Source: Malacoraja senta (lineage: Eukaryota). Taken from it: a stretch of DNA of 64,000 nucleotides. The stretch is taken from positions 12,712,001-12,776,000 of the forward strand of contig CM075988.1 in the NCBI GenBank assembly GCA_038087875.1, written 5' to 3'. A program made the translations under genes and the position numbers. The notes beneath the pieces were generated by a model. That model was given only the letters and a program-made list of their open reading frames with translations, searched no databases and was not told where the DNA came from. Position 1 is the first letter of the stretch. Every line of letters begins with the position of its first letter. Positions 1-12,405 of this stretch are shown one piece after another.

Positions 1-165
1 CACTGCTTGATAAATGGCAGTTGTAGAATTAGAAGTACCTTGAAGATTATATTATAAAGGGGAAAATATGCAGGGAAACTGGGTAAGAATATGACAGTGG
101 GAGTATTTCATTAGCTTCTTCAAGGAATATGAGCAAGATGCGCAAATAGCTATTTTTACACTGAG
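1..165 (+). mobile_element. Old CR1-type LINE 3' end remnant, truncated by window start
   Basis: Degenerate match to the CR1 3' UTR pattern (aaaatatgcaggg...gtgggagta...ttcttcaagg) that also occurs at about 62480-62600. Confidence 0.45.
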
Positions 166-699
166 TTTTCATTATTCAATGATAAAGGGGGAATTGTATA
201 CATAGTTGTCATTCTTTCTTTAGATCAAAAAGCAATTCTTTCAGAAAGGTTTAAGGTCATCAAGTATTTTTCTTTCTATTGCTTTTAATTGGATGCTAAT
301 TGCCATCACCAGAGAGTTTTTTTAAATTCTACTTGGGAGTTGCTTCTAATTATGGCTTCATCACCTGTTTCACGAGTCTCTTTGAAAGCACCTTTTAAAA
401 AATGCTGTGTAACTCAATGTTTGTTTGTTTTACTCAACTTTGGAAAATTAAGTTAACTGTTACAAACTAGTTGGATAGAAAATGGTACCACATAAATGTT
501 GATAGTCTGGACTCAAGTTATCCTAATGAGTGTTCGGTGGATTGCTAATCCCAAATGCTGTTTGGTAGGGTGGGAGGATTAGTGAACAATTTCTTATCTC
601 GCATGTCTCATGTGACAAAATAGTTTTAATGTTAATAATATGGCAACAGGGTGTACGTGGACCAAAAAGAGAAAGGCCCAAATATTTTCGTAAGGCATC

Positions 700-1055
700 T
701 TTTCCCAATAAATTCTGGAACATTGTTCAAAGGAGATGTGTGCTGCTACTTATTTAACAGAGGGTGGTGAGTGCCGAGATCGCGCTGCCAGGGTTGGTTT
801 AAGTGACTTTGGAATAGGCGTATGGGGATGCCGGGAAGGGAGTGATGTAGATTATGCAGGTAGATCAGAGATGGGGCAGATGTGGCAAAATTTGAAGAAG
901 GGTTCCGACCTGATTTGTCACCTACTTATTTTCTCCAGAGATGCTATCTGACCCACTGACTTACTCCAGCATTTTGTGTCTATTCCCGATAGTCTTGGCT
1001 TCATGTTTGCAATAGACATTGTGGGCCGGAGGACCTATTCTTGTGCTGTAATGTT
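700..1055 (+). mobile_element. CR1/HER1-like LINE 3' end interrupted by a PLE fragment
   Basis: cagagggtggtgagtgcc...gacattgtgggccggaggacctattcttgtgctgtaatgttc tail, split at about 892-985. Confidence 0.7.
892..985 (+). mobile_element. PLE 3'-end (pLTR) fragment with decayed hammerhead core
   Basis: ttgaagaagggttccgacctga...ttctccagagatgct...ttactccagcattttgtgtctat. Confidence 0.75.
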
Positions 1056-1764
1056 CCTTTTCACTGCCTGATAAGATGGCAGTTGCAGAATTAGAAGTAA
1101 TTTCTAAGTTTAAAAGTTAGAAGTTCTAAGATATTTGAACTTCTAGATATTATTATTGCACATCAATAATGTTCTCATATTTGTGAGTGATTTTGCTTGT
1201 TTTACTCTTTAGTTTTGCATTTGTTTGACTGAGTTGCCATTGCATGGATGCAAGTACTGGCATGTTGTTGATGTTGGATTTTGCATGGTTCCAACAAACC
1301 CTTATTTGCAATTAATTACAAAGGTTTTTAATGAATCAAAAAACATGCCAACTATTTTTTTTCTATCAGCTCTGCTTGAATTTACAAAGTAATGAGCAAA
1401 TGGGATAGAAAAAAACCTTTGGATTTTAGGAGCTTCAGTAATAGGTTTACGTAGTATTAACATTTACAGAGTGTGTCATCCTAATCGTCACCCAGCCATA
1501 TAATCAATGAGCCAGAAATGCGGGTCGTTTTTGCATTTGAGTTTGGATTATGTCAGTGCTGCTTTAATGGATACAAAATAAATGTTTTTAATCTCCATGT
1601 AGTCAAGTGAGTCAATAAAACACTTAATCTGTACCAATATTATAAAAAGCCAAAATCATTTTTATATAGTTACCTCTTTTTTTTCCATGGCCTGACCCTT
1701 AAAACAAATATTTTTTAGTAGTAAATGATACAATTTTCTTTTCAGTCTTATAGAGTCATTGACG

Positions 1765-2720
1765 ATAAGTGTCAGACAGCATGGAAACAGGCCCTTTTGA
1801 CCAACGTTCATCTTATATGAGTAGAATTGGGCCATTCAGCTCATCGAGTCTACACCACCAATCAATCATGGCTGATCTATCCTTCCCTCTCAACCCCATT
1901 CTTCTGCGTTCTCCCCATAACCTTTTACACCTTTACTAATCAAGAAGTCTACGCCGACCAAGATGTCCCCCCCAAGCTAGTCCCATTTGTCATATCCCTC
2001 TCGTCTATTTCTAAGGTAGACACAAAATGCTGGAGTAACTCAACGGGCCAGGCAGCATCTCTGGAGAGAAGGAATGGGTGATGTTGTGGGTGGAGACCCT
2101 CCTTCCCACTGAAAAAATTCAGCAACATCCTCTCTCACTGTGATTCATCCTTCCCTCTGACTATTTCTATCCATCTATCTGATCAAATGTCTTTTAAATT
2201 ATGTTGTTATATCTCCCTCAACCATTTCCTCTGGCAGTTCAATTCATATGCCTACTACTGTCTGAGTGAAACATTTGCTTTCATGTTCCTATTAATATTT
2301 CCCCTCTCACATTATACCTAAGCCCTCCAATTCTAGATTCCCCTGTCCTGGGAAAATGACTAGATGCATTCACCCTGTCTATTCCCCTCATGATTTTATA
2401 CACCTCTATAAGATCACCCCTTGGTCTCCTGCATTTCAAAGAATTCCAAGGAAATCCTAGTCTGTCCAATCTCTCTTTGTAGCTCAGGCAATGTGTCCTG
2501 GCAACATCCTTGTAAATCTTCTCTGCACTCTTTCCAGCTTGATAATACCTTTTCTGGTATAAGAAGAGCAGGGTGATTAAAACTGAATGCATATTCAAAG
2601 TGTGGCTTCACCAATGTCTTACACAACTATAACATAATGTTCCAACTTCTGTACTCAATTCCTGACTAGTGAAGGCCACCCTGCCAAAAATCCCTCTTCA
2701 CCACTCTGTGTACCTGCAAT
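1765..2720 (-). mobile_element. CR1/HER1-like LINE, ORF2 C-terminus and 3' UTR, frameshifted, with nested short insertions (about 1815-1945 and 2013-2105)
   Basis: Translations TLVKPHFEY and LSYKERLDRLG..RRPRGDLIEVYKIMRGIDRV are typical of the CR1 ORF2 C-terminus. Confidence 0.9.
2013..2105 (-). mobile_element. PLE pLTR half element
   Basis: agacacaaaatgctggagtaactc...gcagcatctctggagagaaggaatgggtga family motif. Confidence 0.8.
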
Positions 2721-3772
2721 CCGCGAGGCACACCGTAAGTTAGGAAACAGGCAGTGGAGTTTTGGTTGACCTTAAGTTTGCAGAACATGGATAGTGGATA
2801 CAAATGTTTTGGAATAGTTGTGTTTAGAGGGAACAAAGTCATGAAATTAAATTAATGAAGTGCTTTTCCTGCAATGACCCCTAGCTCAGAGTTTCACAAA
2901 GGCAAAGGATAGTTATTTTAACAGTCTGAAGAAGGGACCGACCCAAAACGTCGCTATATTCTGTTCTGTTCTGTTTATATTTCTACAAATATTTCATTGC
3001 CGAACCAAAGGAAGCATCGAGAACAAATTGGTAAAATTTATTCAGCGACTGTGCTGTTGAATGCAATAACCGAGCACCTTTTATCCGCAATATCAACAAA
3101 AAGTACTTTTGAGACAAGTGTAACTCTTGTAAAACTGCATTTACAACAGTGGTGATGTTTTTTATACAAAGTTTTCCACTGTAACCAGCAGAAGGTAAGC
3201 AGTAGCATTTGACCTGACTTTTAGTGCCATCGTTTGTAAGTCAGCAAAGTGTAACTTCTACACCAAACATAACATCAAAATGCAATCCTAAATACAGTTC
3301 CTGTGTTGTGTCATTTTATTGCTGAGCCGTTTGTCCTGCAGTAATTGTGCCCATTAGATTCACCTACATTAATTTTACCTTTGCTCTCTTCTATTCTGAA
3401 CCCATATCCATGAACGAAAAAGGTCCTTGACCCGAGAAATGTCCACTGGTTGCAAGCCCTTGTCAACAAAATAGTTTCATTCTCTTTCTGATTTGAGAGC
3501 ACCATTGTTAGGTCAGATGGGAACTGTCAGTGTTTGGTCTATTAAATGACCACAATTCTGGGACTTCCAGACAATTGGTCATCATGCCCAATAACGGCAA
3601 ACACTACATCTGCCATACTCCATCTGGAGACCAGAGAGCTCCTCTCACCCACAATCCATTTGTTTACATCTATTCTCCTGGACCTTATGTTAGGTTTAAC
3701 AGGATCAGAGACCACAATGGGCACTGGAGGGCAGCAGATTAGGTGACAAAGGGAAAGGAAGTTCATCTTTCA

Positions 3773-3930
3773 AAGATGGACACAAAACACTGGAGTAACT
3801 CAGTGGGTTAGGCAACATCTCTGGAGAAAATGGGTAGATGAAAATGGACCTGAGGTCCTTCAGACCTGAAGAATTGGCCTGACCCGAAACATCACCTATC
3901 TCCAGAGATTTTATCCAGGGATGCTGCCTT
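3773..3930. mobile_element. Fold-back PLE pLTR element
   Basis: Antisense arm followed by ctgaagaa..gacccgaaacatcacc sense arm. Confidence 0.75.
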
Positions 3931-3973
3931 TTCAACTATGGACGCTTACATATTGTGAATGAATCAATTAAAA

Positions 3974-4226
3974 GTTTAGTTTAGTTTAGCGATACAGCAC
4001 GGAAACAGGCCCTTCGGCCCACCAGTCCTACGCACTAAGGACAATTTACAAATTTTACCAAAGCCAATTAACCTACAAAACTTGCACGTCTTTGAAGTGG
4101 GGGAGGAAACTGGCGCACCCTGAGAAAGCCCACAAGGAGAACGTACAAACACCCTTGGTCTGGATCAAACCCGGGTCACTGGCCCTTTAAGGCAGCAATT
4201 CTACCGCTTAACCACTCTGCCGTCCT
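3974..4226 (-). mobile_element. HE1/V-SINE-type tRNA-derived SINE, internally deleted
   Basis: (gttta)n tail, ggaaacaggcccttcggcccacc LINE-shared tail, aacctacaaa..tctttg..ggaggaaac core, tRNA-like head at the right end. Confidence 0.9.
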
Positions 4227-5579
4227 TGCGACGAGAGTTTTTCTCATTAAAAAGGTCAACGGCTTGTAGTGATTTTTTAGTCATAACCTCATCTATCTCC
4301 TGAATGCTAGCCTGCTCTTCCGTGGGCACGAGCATTTATAGTGACAGAGAGAATGTTGGCATCTTTCTGTCGATGCTTATCTCATTAAAGTGAGGATGTC
4401 TAGGTATAGAGGGTGATCAGTCCAGAAACCTATTTAGATATAGGCAATAAAAATGAACATTGCTCTTGGTATATTGGATCTGTTTACAGATCACGGTGTT
4501 CACCTTACTAAGGTAAAATTTGGATTGCGAGTGGCAGAGTGAGTTCTCTCCGGAACTTCAAGGAAGCCTTATTAAGACCTAATAATGGCTGCCTGTTTTC
4601 ATTAATTCCCTGAGAACCATACTGATTTGCAAAAAGTCAATAGAACAAATCTCACCGACTGCACTTTCAATTACTCAGTCCCAGCAATTCTGCTGAGGAC
4701 AAACATCATAAAACAGAACAGGTTTAGGCTGCTTTAAGTGGATTTATTCACTAAGTCTGTGAACTGATTGTCTCATCCTCTTTCATTCAAGTTGAAGACT
4801 GCTGACAGTCACCACTAATCCTCAGGAGTTAATGGTTTACAGGATTGCCAATTCAAGAGAAATTAAAAGTAGAGTTAGGTTTCCAACTGCGATGCCAGCA
4901 ATACGTGATCATGTTTTGAATAATTTTCCACACTTTGATTTCCAATCATTTTCCTCGTCAATAATCTCCTTCTCTATCCTCTTTATCCCCCCCCTCCCCC
5001 CCCCTCTTTAACTTGATAAATTTTCCCACCCGAAACATTTCTTCAGCTACCTTCCCTCATGCCATCTCAGGCTCTACCCCAACTGGCACAAGTGTGCTCC
5101 TTTCCTCTGTGTTACCTTTGGTAAATCTGCTCTCGCCCAATCCAGTACCCTTCCTGGCCGACTTAAAACAAACTAGCAATCCACTCATATCACCCAATGA
5201 TTTGTTCTTGTTTTCCCAGTCTTTTCCTCAGCACAGGTGATTAAGCAGTTGTTGACAAACTTCATATAACTGCCCAAAGTGATTTCCCACTTGTTCACAG
5301 CTCAGAAACACATGGATTGCCCTGGTGCTGACAGGAACCTGGTTCATGAATGATTATTTTTCATTGTTATGGCCACCCTGTTCGTTTGGATCCAATCATT
5401 GCTGCCTTAATTTAACCCCTTTGATAAGTCCTGCAGATTCTCCTGTCAATTCCCTTCCTTTGATCCAATCATCTTGTTTTATATCGCTTCAACCTCACTC
5501 AAAATTTATGACCAAGTAAATGCATATCCTGATTAATTTCACTAGTATCCTTCTCGATGCCTGCACTTGCCCTCCATTA

Positions 5580-6135
5580 TACACTTGCACAGCAGGGAAG
5601 CAGGTCATTCAGCCCACTGTGTGTGCACCAACCAATAATACTATACTGGCTCAATTTTGTTTATCCTGCTGACATTCCATCAACCCCCCCCCCTACCCCC
5701 ACCCAGGTTCTGTCGCCAGACGTGAATCTCAGAGAAATTCTTAGTGACTAATTAACCAACTTCTAACTTTTTTTGCACAAAGGATGGCAGGTGCATGGAA
5801 CGAGCTGCCGGAGGAGGTGATTGAGGCAGGTACTATCACAACATTTAGACAGATACATGGGCAGGATAAGTTTAGAGGATTTGGGCCAAACGCAGACAAA
5901 TGGGATTAGTGTAGACATGTTCGGCTGAGGCCTGTTTCCACGCTATATGGCTCTCTGACTATGACAATGACTCTTCTACTCATTCATCTTTAGCAGGTGG
6001 GAAGAAACCAGAGTTTCTGGGGTCACCAAATAGTTGCTGGGAAGCAAATTCAACACAGACAGCGCCAGGGGTCAAGATTGAACCCAGTTTGCTGGAGGCT
6101 GTGAGGCAGCAACCCTACCAGCGACATCACTGTGG
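5580..6135 (-). mobile_element. Older V-SINE-type SINE split by a + strand CR1 3' end (about 5775-5970)
   Basis: Core and head tgggaagaaaccagag...gattgaacccag...gctgtgaggcagc; insert ggaacgagctgccggaggaggtg...ctctgactatgac. Confidence 0.75.
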
Positions 6136-6626
6136 AGTATTTATGTCCCACTCATAAACACTTCCTCAAACCATTTGCTTTTCCATGTCTCACTTCCATA
6201 TGTACATGTTGCTCAAGCACAATACCAGGTATTCAACTACCCATCTGGATATTCTAGCCTGTTGGCATTAGAAGAGTCATAAATCTTACAAAAGTGAAAC
6301 AGGCCCTTCAGACCCACATGTCCATACTCTAATCCTCGTCCATCTACACTACTCCTGTAACCCAGTCATTAATTTTCCTGCCACATCCCCTTCCTGTTCA
6401 TAACGTTTACCAATGATCTAATGATGTTGATCCACTTCAACCTAGACAGATGTCTTTTCTTGCCCACAGTATACACAAATGCATCAAAGCTGTGAACAAT
6501 GCTCTCTGTATTTTGTGACATATCACTCTCATTCTTGCCCTCATCAACCTCTCTGCTGGATGTGTGAGAGGTGTCTATGTCAACCTACACCCATTGGCTT
6601 TCAAGTGTCACCAATAGCTCAAGTTG

Positions 6627-6750
6627 GGGAGAAAGCAGGAACGCGGGACTGATTTTGGATGATCAGCCACGATCATATTGAATGGCGCTGCTGACTCGAG
6701 GGGCCAAATGACCGACTCCTGCACCTATTTTCCATGTTTCCATGTTTCTA
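6627..6750 (+). mobile_element. Short young CR1-type LINE 3' tail
   Basis: ggggagaaagcaggaac...gatcagcc.gatcatattgaatggc...cctattttccatgtttccatg; near-identical copy at 8407-8575. Confidence 0.85.
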
Positions 6751-6834
6751 AATGGCAGCTGTTGTGTCAAAACATTCTGAGTTTTGAGACATGAGGCCAA
6801 CAGGTTATGCAGATGAAAATAGTACGACACAGGT

Positions 6835-7080
6835 GGATGTATTGCCTTTGAGACACGGTGTATAAACACCACAGTGTCTGTACTCTTCGGTCGATGTGAA
6901 AGATCCCATGACAATACTGTGAAGAGAAATATTCCATTGTCCTGCAAACATTTAACCTAATTTAGTTGGTCTAATGAATTCAGGGTTAAGCCATTGTCAT
7001 AGGTAAATACGTTTTTGCAATATTTCAACGGTTAGCACCTCCACAAAAGCTATCTAGCTGAAACATACAAGATTTCATGA
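6835..7080 (+). mobile_element. Degenerate Deu-domain SINE (SacSINE1/AmnSINE-like) fragment
   Basis: gatgtgaaagatcccatgacaatactgtgaagag...tgtcctgcaaacattta resembles the Deu central domain. Confidence 0.55.
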
Positions 7081-7643
7081 ACCAATTTTCTTATTAATTA
7101 ATCTGAACATCAGAATATTATTCTTTGAATGAAAATTATGTTTGTTTTAATTTTTATTTTATTATTTCTTAGGCATTGCATTCAAAAGGGCTGTACTTTT
7201 TTCTTAGTCATTAAAATATGTAAAATGCCAACCAATTTCATTTTCCACTCTGCATATATTACTCACACTTATTAGGCTTGCCTTTAATGAAATTCATGCT
7301 GATGAAACCAAGCAATAGACTTTCTTTGGAAATTAGTACCTTAAAGGTGCTGTTGGTATTACCTTCAAAATTCATGCCATAAACAGCAGAATCTGTTTTA
7401 CTGTAATTTATAATATTTGATACTTAAACCTATTCTTTGCTAATTTATCTGTGCCTTATCATGAGATCAGTGAGATAGGCTTTATATTTCCACATACTTT
7501 TGAATAAAAAAGTGCATTATTACAGGTTAAGTTATATTTTATTCCTCAAGTGAAATATGTGCATCTTTTTTGGAATATTATCCAGCTGCTGTCAAATGTA
7601 TTAATCTGCACAATGATGAAGTAAACAAAATAATTGGAATGAA

Positions 7644-7806
7644 ACTCAAGGATCTGCAACCACTGAAGACTGAAATAAAATGCTGGACGCACTCAGCAAG
7701 TCAGACAACATGCAAGGAAAGAGAATCAGAATCACTGAATCAACGCAAAGACCCATTGTATGCGGAAGTGTATTTGACTTGAAACATTACCTCTGTTTCT
7801 CTTTCA
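7644..7806. mobile_element. Old fold-back PLE pLTR element
   Basis: aaaatgctggacgcactcagcaagtcagacaacat... followed by gacttgaaacattacctctgtttctct. Confidence 0.55.
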
Positions 7807-8194
7807 ACATAACTTGAAAGTTAGGATTGATTCCATATTGCAAGCAGATAGACACACCACAGCTAACAGATTAAACCCACCTACAAATGTCTTCTATTAA
7901 AACCAGAAGCAGGATCTGCCCTTATGAATTGGTTCAATTGGTGTGAGTATTAGTGATAATGTGTCTGCTTTGCAGAAGCAGTTCCCATAATAGATAGAGA
8001 TATAAACATTTATAATTGAGATAAGACTGAATTTTGCAAAGAAAATACAGATGATATTATTGAATATCTTCTTGTAAACATTGTGGTCATGACATGTAAC
8101 ATGAACTCAGCAGAAGGGAGAATGTTGATGGGCACAAGTGGCCATTGGGCCACTGACCACTTATGCCTACCGCACCATCCTTTCTCCATGTCTC

Positions 8195-9040
8195 CAGTAA
8201 TCAATGGTATATTGGCCTTTATAGCAAGGGGTATTTGAATGCAAGAAACATATATTATTCCAATTATATGGAGGCCTGGTGAGATTGCCTCTGGAATATT
8301 ATGTTCAGGCAGAGTCTCCTTACCTCCTTGAAGATGTGGAAGTGGAAGAAATTCACCAAATTAATGGAAGAGATAGGAAGAGATATTATGGCTTGTACTC
8401 TTTTTTGTATTCAAGAGAGAGTTAGATAGAGCTCTTAGGGCTAACAGAATCAAGGGATATGGGGAGAAAGCAGGAACGGGGTACTGATTTTGGATGATCA
8501 GCCATGATCATATTGAATGGCGGTGCTGGCTCGAAGGGCCAAATGGCCTACCCCTTCACCTATTTTCTATGTTTCTCTTTGGAAGTGATCTTATTAAAAC
8601 ATACAAACTAATTTATGGAGCTGACAGGAGAAATTCAAAGTTGATGTTTCCCCTGGCTGGGGTGCCTAAAATAAATGGTGAGACAGAGTTATAGAGTCAC
8701 ATCCCATGGAGACAGGCCCTTCAGCTCACCAGGTCCATACCCATTCTACACTCTTCCCATTTACCCACATTAAGTCCTTTGCCTTTCATGGCTTGGTGAT
8801 TCAAGTTTTTAGGTCAAAACCGAGAAGAAATGTCTCCATCCAGAGTTTGGTGAATGAACAGTGTTCTCCAGCCATTGAGACCTGTGAAGATTAAATTGCT
8901 GAGTAAAGTCTAGAGAGAGGTTGATATAATTTTAGATATTAAGGTAAATAATTAATGTTGGGATCGTGAAGGGAAGTGGCAATGTATTCAGCCATGATTT
9001 TATTGTTGGCTAAGGAGATGCAAAGAACCAAGTGGCCCAC
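8195..9040 (+). mobile_element. Old CR1 LINE ORF2 C-terminus and 3' UTR with nested younger LINE tails
   Basis: aatggtatattggcctttatagcaagggg, GSDLIKTYKLIYGADR..MFPLAG; inserts at about 8407-8575 and 8690-8800. Confidence 0.75.
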
Positions 9041-9231
9041 GTATAGCATGTAGGGGTCAAAGGGTGATGTGCCATGGAAATAGGACCATTTGGCCCATCA
9101 CATTCCACACTGACCTCTGGACACCCATTCATTTTAATCGATCTTCCACCCCTTGTCCTGTAGCCTTCAATGCCTACAAGATTCAAATGCTCACATGGAC
9201 ACTTCAGCAGAAACAAATTATGAGTTTCTTT

Positions 9232-9510
9232 ACTTTAGAGATACAGCGCAGAAACAGGTCCTTCAGCCCACCGACTCCACGCTGACCAGCGATCACCCCA
9301 TACACTAGCGCTATCTGACACCCTAGGGACAATTTACATTTTTTTACCAAAGTCAATTAACCTACAAACCTGTTTGTCTTTGGACCACCCGGAGAAAACC
9401 CAGCTAGTCACAGGGACAATGAACAAACTCCGTGCAGACAGCACCCATAGTCAGGATCGAACCCGGGTCTCTGGCGCTGTTAGGCAGCAAATCTACTGCT
9501 GCGGCACTGT
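9232..9510 (-). mobile_element. HE1/V-SINE-type SINE
   Basis: Tail, core and tRNA-like head (caggatcgaacccgggtctctggcgctg = reverse complement of B box). Confidence 0.9.
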
Positions 9511-9819
9511 TCTAACCACTTTTCTGCTTTAACCCTGTATCCCTTCATTTTCTTAAGATCAAAGAGCCCATCAGTCCAGGGACCGAGTGTGGGGTCAGAT
9601 AGATGATCATCTGACCTCCAGTGCATTCCTCACTTCCATACTTCATCGCACAAGCACAGGTCTAGGACCTGCTGGTGTTCACATTGCAACTCACAATTTT
9701 TATTTTTTCTGCAGTCGGCAACCTGCCAACTGTGCAATCCAGCTGAATACTTCAGGTCGATGGTCTCTCATCAGAAGACTGAATTTTCAATGATATCTCT
9801 ATTGCATCTTCAAACTTCC

Positions 9820-10180
9820 TCAAAGCAAATTAATTACTTCATGTTAAAATCTTGTTTTCAGACAACACTGCGGCCAATTTGTGGATAACTAAGGATGATG
9901 ACACCAAGCAACCAATGAATCAGTCGGTTCCTGGGCTGGCGGTAGAGAAAGAAATGATGCCCTGGAGTTGGAACAAAACTCTCCTGCTGTTCGCTGAGTG
10001 ACTTGATGACTAAAAAGATGTTTTGTTTACAGTTTCAATAGAAAGGTAGCAAACATCTCAAGGTAAATCATTCCTGAGCACTGCAGTGAGTTGTCAATGT
10101 TGGGTGATGTGTTCACACCCTGGACTGGAACTGAACACTGATTAATAGGCAAGACTGTGACCAAATGTGTCACACTGACA
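9820..10180 (-). mobile_element. Degenerate Deu-domain SINE (SacSINE1-like)
   Basis: gcggccaatttgtg, aaactctcctgctgttc, cagcactgcagtgagttgtca...tgtcacactgac are colinear with the reverse complement of the family. Confidence 0.55.
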
Positions 10181-10859
10181 TAATGAATATACATTGGAAT
10201 TCAATGCAGACTGCCTTGGTAATCTCTCCATCATGTCAGCCTTGCAGTTAGCTAAGAGACCTGTGTGTCCCAAACCTCTTCAACATCTTTGAACAGGGAG
10301 TACGACGATGCAATAGAGATATCATTGAAAACTCAGTCTTCTGATGAGAGATCATTGTGTGCATATTTATTTTCTCACTAACCTACTTTATGTTTTCACG
10401 ATTTCACTTACCAGTCCGCATTGTTTCTTCCTTTAATTCAATTTTCTTGACTGTTACCGGTTCATAGCACCAGGCAGTGCATTGGAGACAATTTCTGTTT
10501 ATTTTTCTCTGAGACGTGTTTGTTGCATTGATTTATCATTCATGGCTATGGACTGTTTTATTCTGGATATTTCTGGCATGAATTGCTTGGTGTTTACTTT
10601 TGGTTCCGTTTATGAGGTCCATGAGGTTAGTTTTTAATTAGCCGAATCAAGCTGGCAATTGTATGTGTTTGCGTAAGACTTGGCAAAGTATTTAGAGCCA
10701 TTCATTTCAGTTGGGATTCAGGCTCAACAAATTAAATACGTGAAGGTAAAATTAGGTTGGTTACTTTATTCCATCTTTTTTTCCAGCTGTGTTATAATTA
10801 TTAACTGGAAGATTTCTAACGGCAGCTGTTGGATTGGTTGAGTCTGTGTTCCTAAAGAG

Positions 10860-11070
10860 AGAGGCTGGTGTTTGGAACGAGCTGCCAAGGGAGGGAGGTG
10901 AGGCCGGTACAATGACAACATTTAAAAGATATTTCGGCAGGTGCATAGATAGGAAAGGTTTAGAGGGGTATGGGCCAAAAGGGGGAAGGTGGGACTAGCG
11001 TTGATGGGGCACCTTGGTTGGCAGGGGCATGTTCGGTCGAAGGGCCTGTTACTGCGCTGTACAACTCTAT
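10860..11070 (+). mobile_element. CR1/HER1-like LINE 3' end
   Basis: tggaacgagctgcca...gataggaaaggtttagagggg.atgggccaaa...gaagggcctgtt...actctat. Confidence 0.9.
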
Positions 11071-11339
11071 TTTTTATTTTTTATAATAACTTCATTAGTT
11101 ATCAAAGATCCAAAACTGCATCAAACCCTTGGCTGTTTTGACTGGATATAAGGCTCCATCCATTCCTATCCCCTGTCCATGAGCTCAGGCTGTACTGGCG
11201 GCACCTTGAGGTTTCAGCAGCACACATGCAGCAACCACAGGCAAAGATATCTCAGCTCACCAGCCCCCACAAAGACCTTAACGACACACTGCCCTCACAA
11301 GAACTGGCAGAGCAATGACTCTGCCAAGCTAGTTGGCTG

Positions 11340-11870
11340 GTGGGTGAAATATGTGTGTGGTATGTTGATGGAACAAGGAGGGGAAGGGGTGGAAATGGGT
11401 GTGGGGTGGCTGAATGGTGGCTCTTTGAAAGGGGAAAAATTGGAGGATCGGAGATGGGTCGGAAGAGAGAGTGAGGAGTGGGGTCGATGGGGTACACAGG
11501 AGGTAAGGGTTACCTAACATTGCAAAATTCAATCTTCATGCCCCTGGGCAGTAGACATCCCAAGAGGTTTATGAGGTATTGTTCCTCTAGTTCGTGATGG
11601 ACCTCACCGTGGCAGTGGAGAAGTCTGAGGGCAAGCAGGTCAGTGTGGGAAAAGGAAGGGAAGTTGAAATGGCATGTAACTGAGAGCTCAAGATGGCTAT
11701 TACAGATAGAGCACAGAAGCTTTGCAAATGTGTCGCCTTGTCTCAGCTTGGTCTCACTGATGTAAAGGAGGCTATCACAGGAGCACTAAATACAGTCGAC
11801 AAGGTTGGAGCAGGTGCACCTGAGCCTTTGCCACACCTGGAAGGACTATTTAGGTGGTGGTGAGATGATA
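11340..11870 (-). mobile_element. Penelope-like element remnant: GIY-YIG endonuclease pseudo-ORF (about 11845-11512) plus 3' UTR
   Basis: Minus-strand translation FQVWQRLRCTCSNLVDCI*CSCDSLLYISETK...CHFNFPSFSHTDL..LLHCHGE..ELEEQYLI..LG.LLPRGMKIEF has PLE GIY-YIG motifs with a stop. Confidence 0.85.
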
Positions 11871-11914
11871 GTGAGAGGAGATCTGACAAAACATGACATA
11901 TGCTAATTGCCTGG

Positions 11915-12405
11915 TTCAATGCTGATGGTGTACAGTGGACTCGACAACAATGCCTTCTGCATAAGACGATGAATCGAGACCTCGTATGTTCTCTCAAGTA
12001 AACGTAAAAGTATAAACAAATCCAATCTTTTTTTAAAAAGGCAAAGGGGTTATTTGGGCCAATACTTGTCCCTCACACAATATCACTGTCAGATTATCTG
12101 GGCTTCATCACATTCATCTTTGTGCAAGTTGTGCGGATTTCAGGGGTTATAGGGAGAAGGCAGGAGAATGAGGCTGAGAGGAAAAGATAGATCAGCCATG
12201 ATTGAATGGTGGAGTAGACTTGATGGGAATGGCCTAATTCTGCTCTTATCACTTATGAACTTATCAAGTTTGTTGAGTGCAAATGGGCTGCCTCATTTGC
12301 CATGTTACAGGTTTGGCGAGACTACAAAAACATTTCCTTAGCTGTCAAGAGCTTTGGAATAACTTGAAAGAGTAAAAGTTGCAATAGGAAAGCAGGTCTA
12401 TTTAA
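11915..12405 (+). mobile_element. Deu-domain SINE (SacSINE1-like) interrupted by a CR1 tail (about 12135-12265)
   Basis: aagacgatgaatcgagacctcgt..gtaaaag; ggccaatacttgtccctca..cagattatctgg; gcaaatgggctgcc...agctgtcaagagctttgg. Confidence 0.65.

Noticed and set aside
5040..5560. Possible L2 endonuclease remnant (IALVLTGTWF); similar hints at 27060-27250 and 28380-28750
   Set aside because: Too degenerate to support without a profile search.
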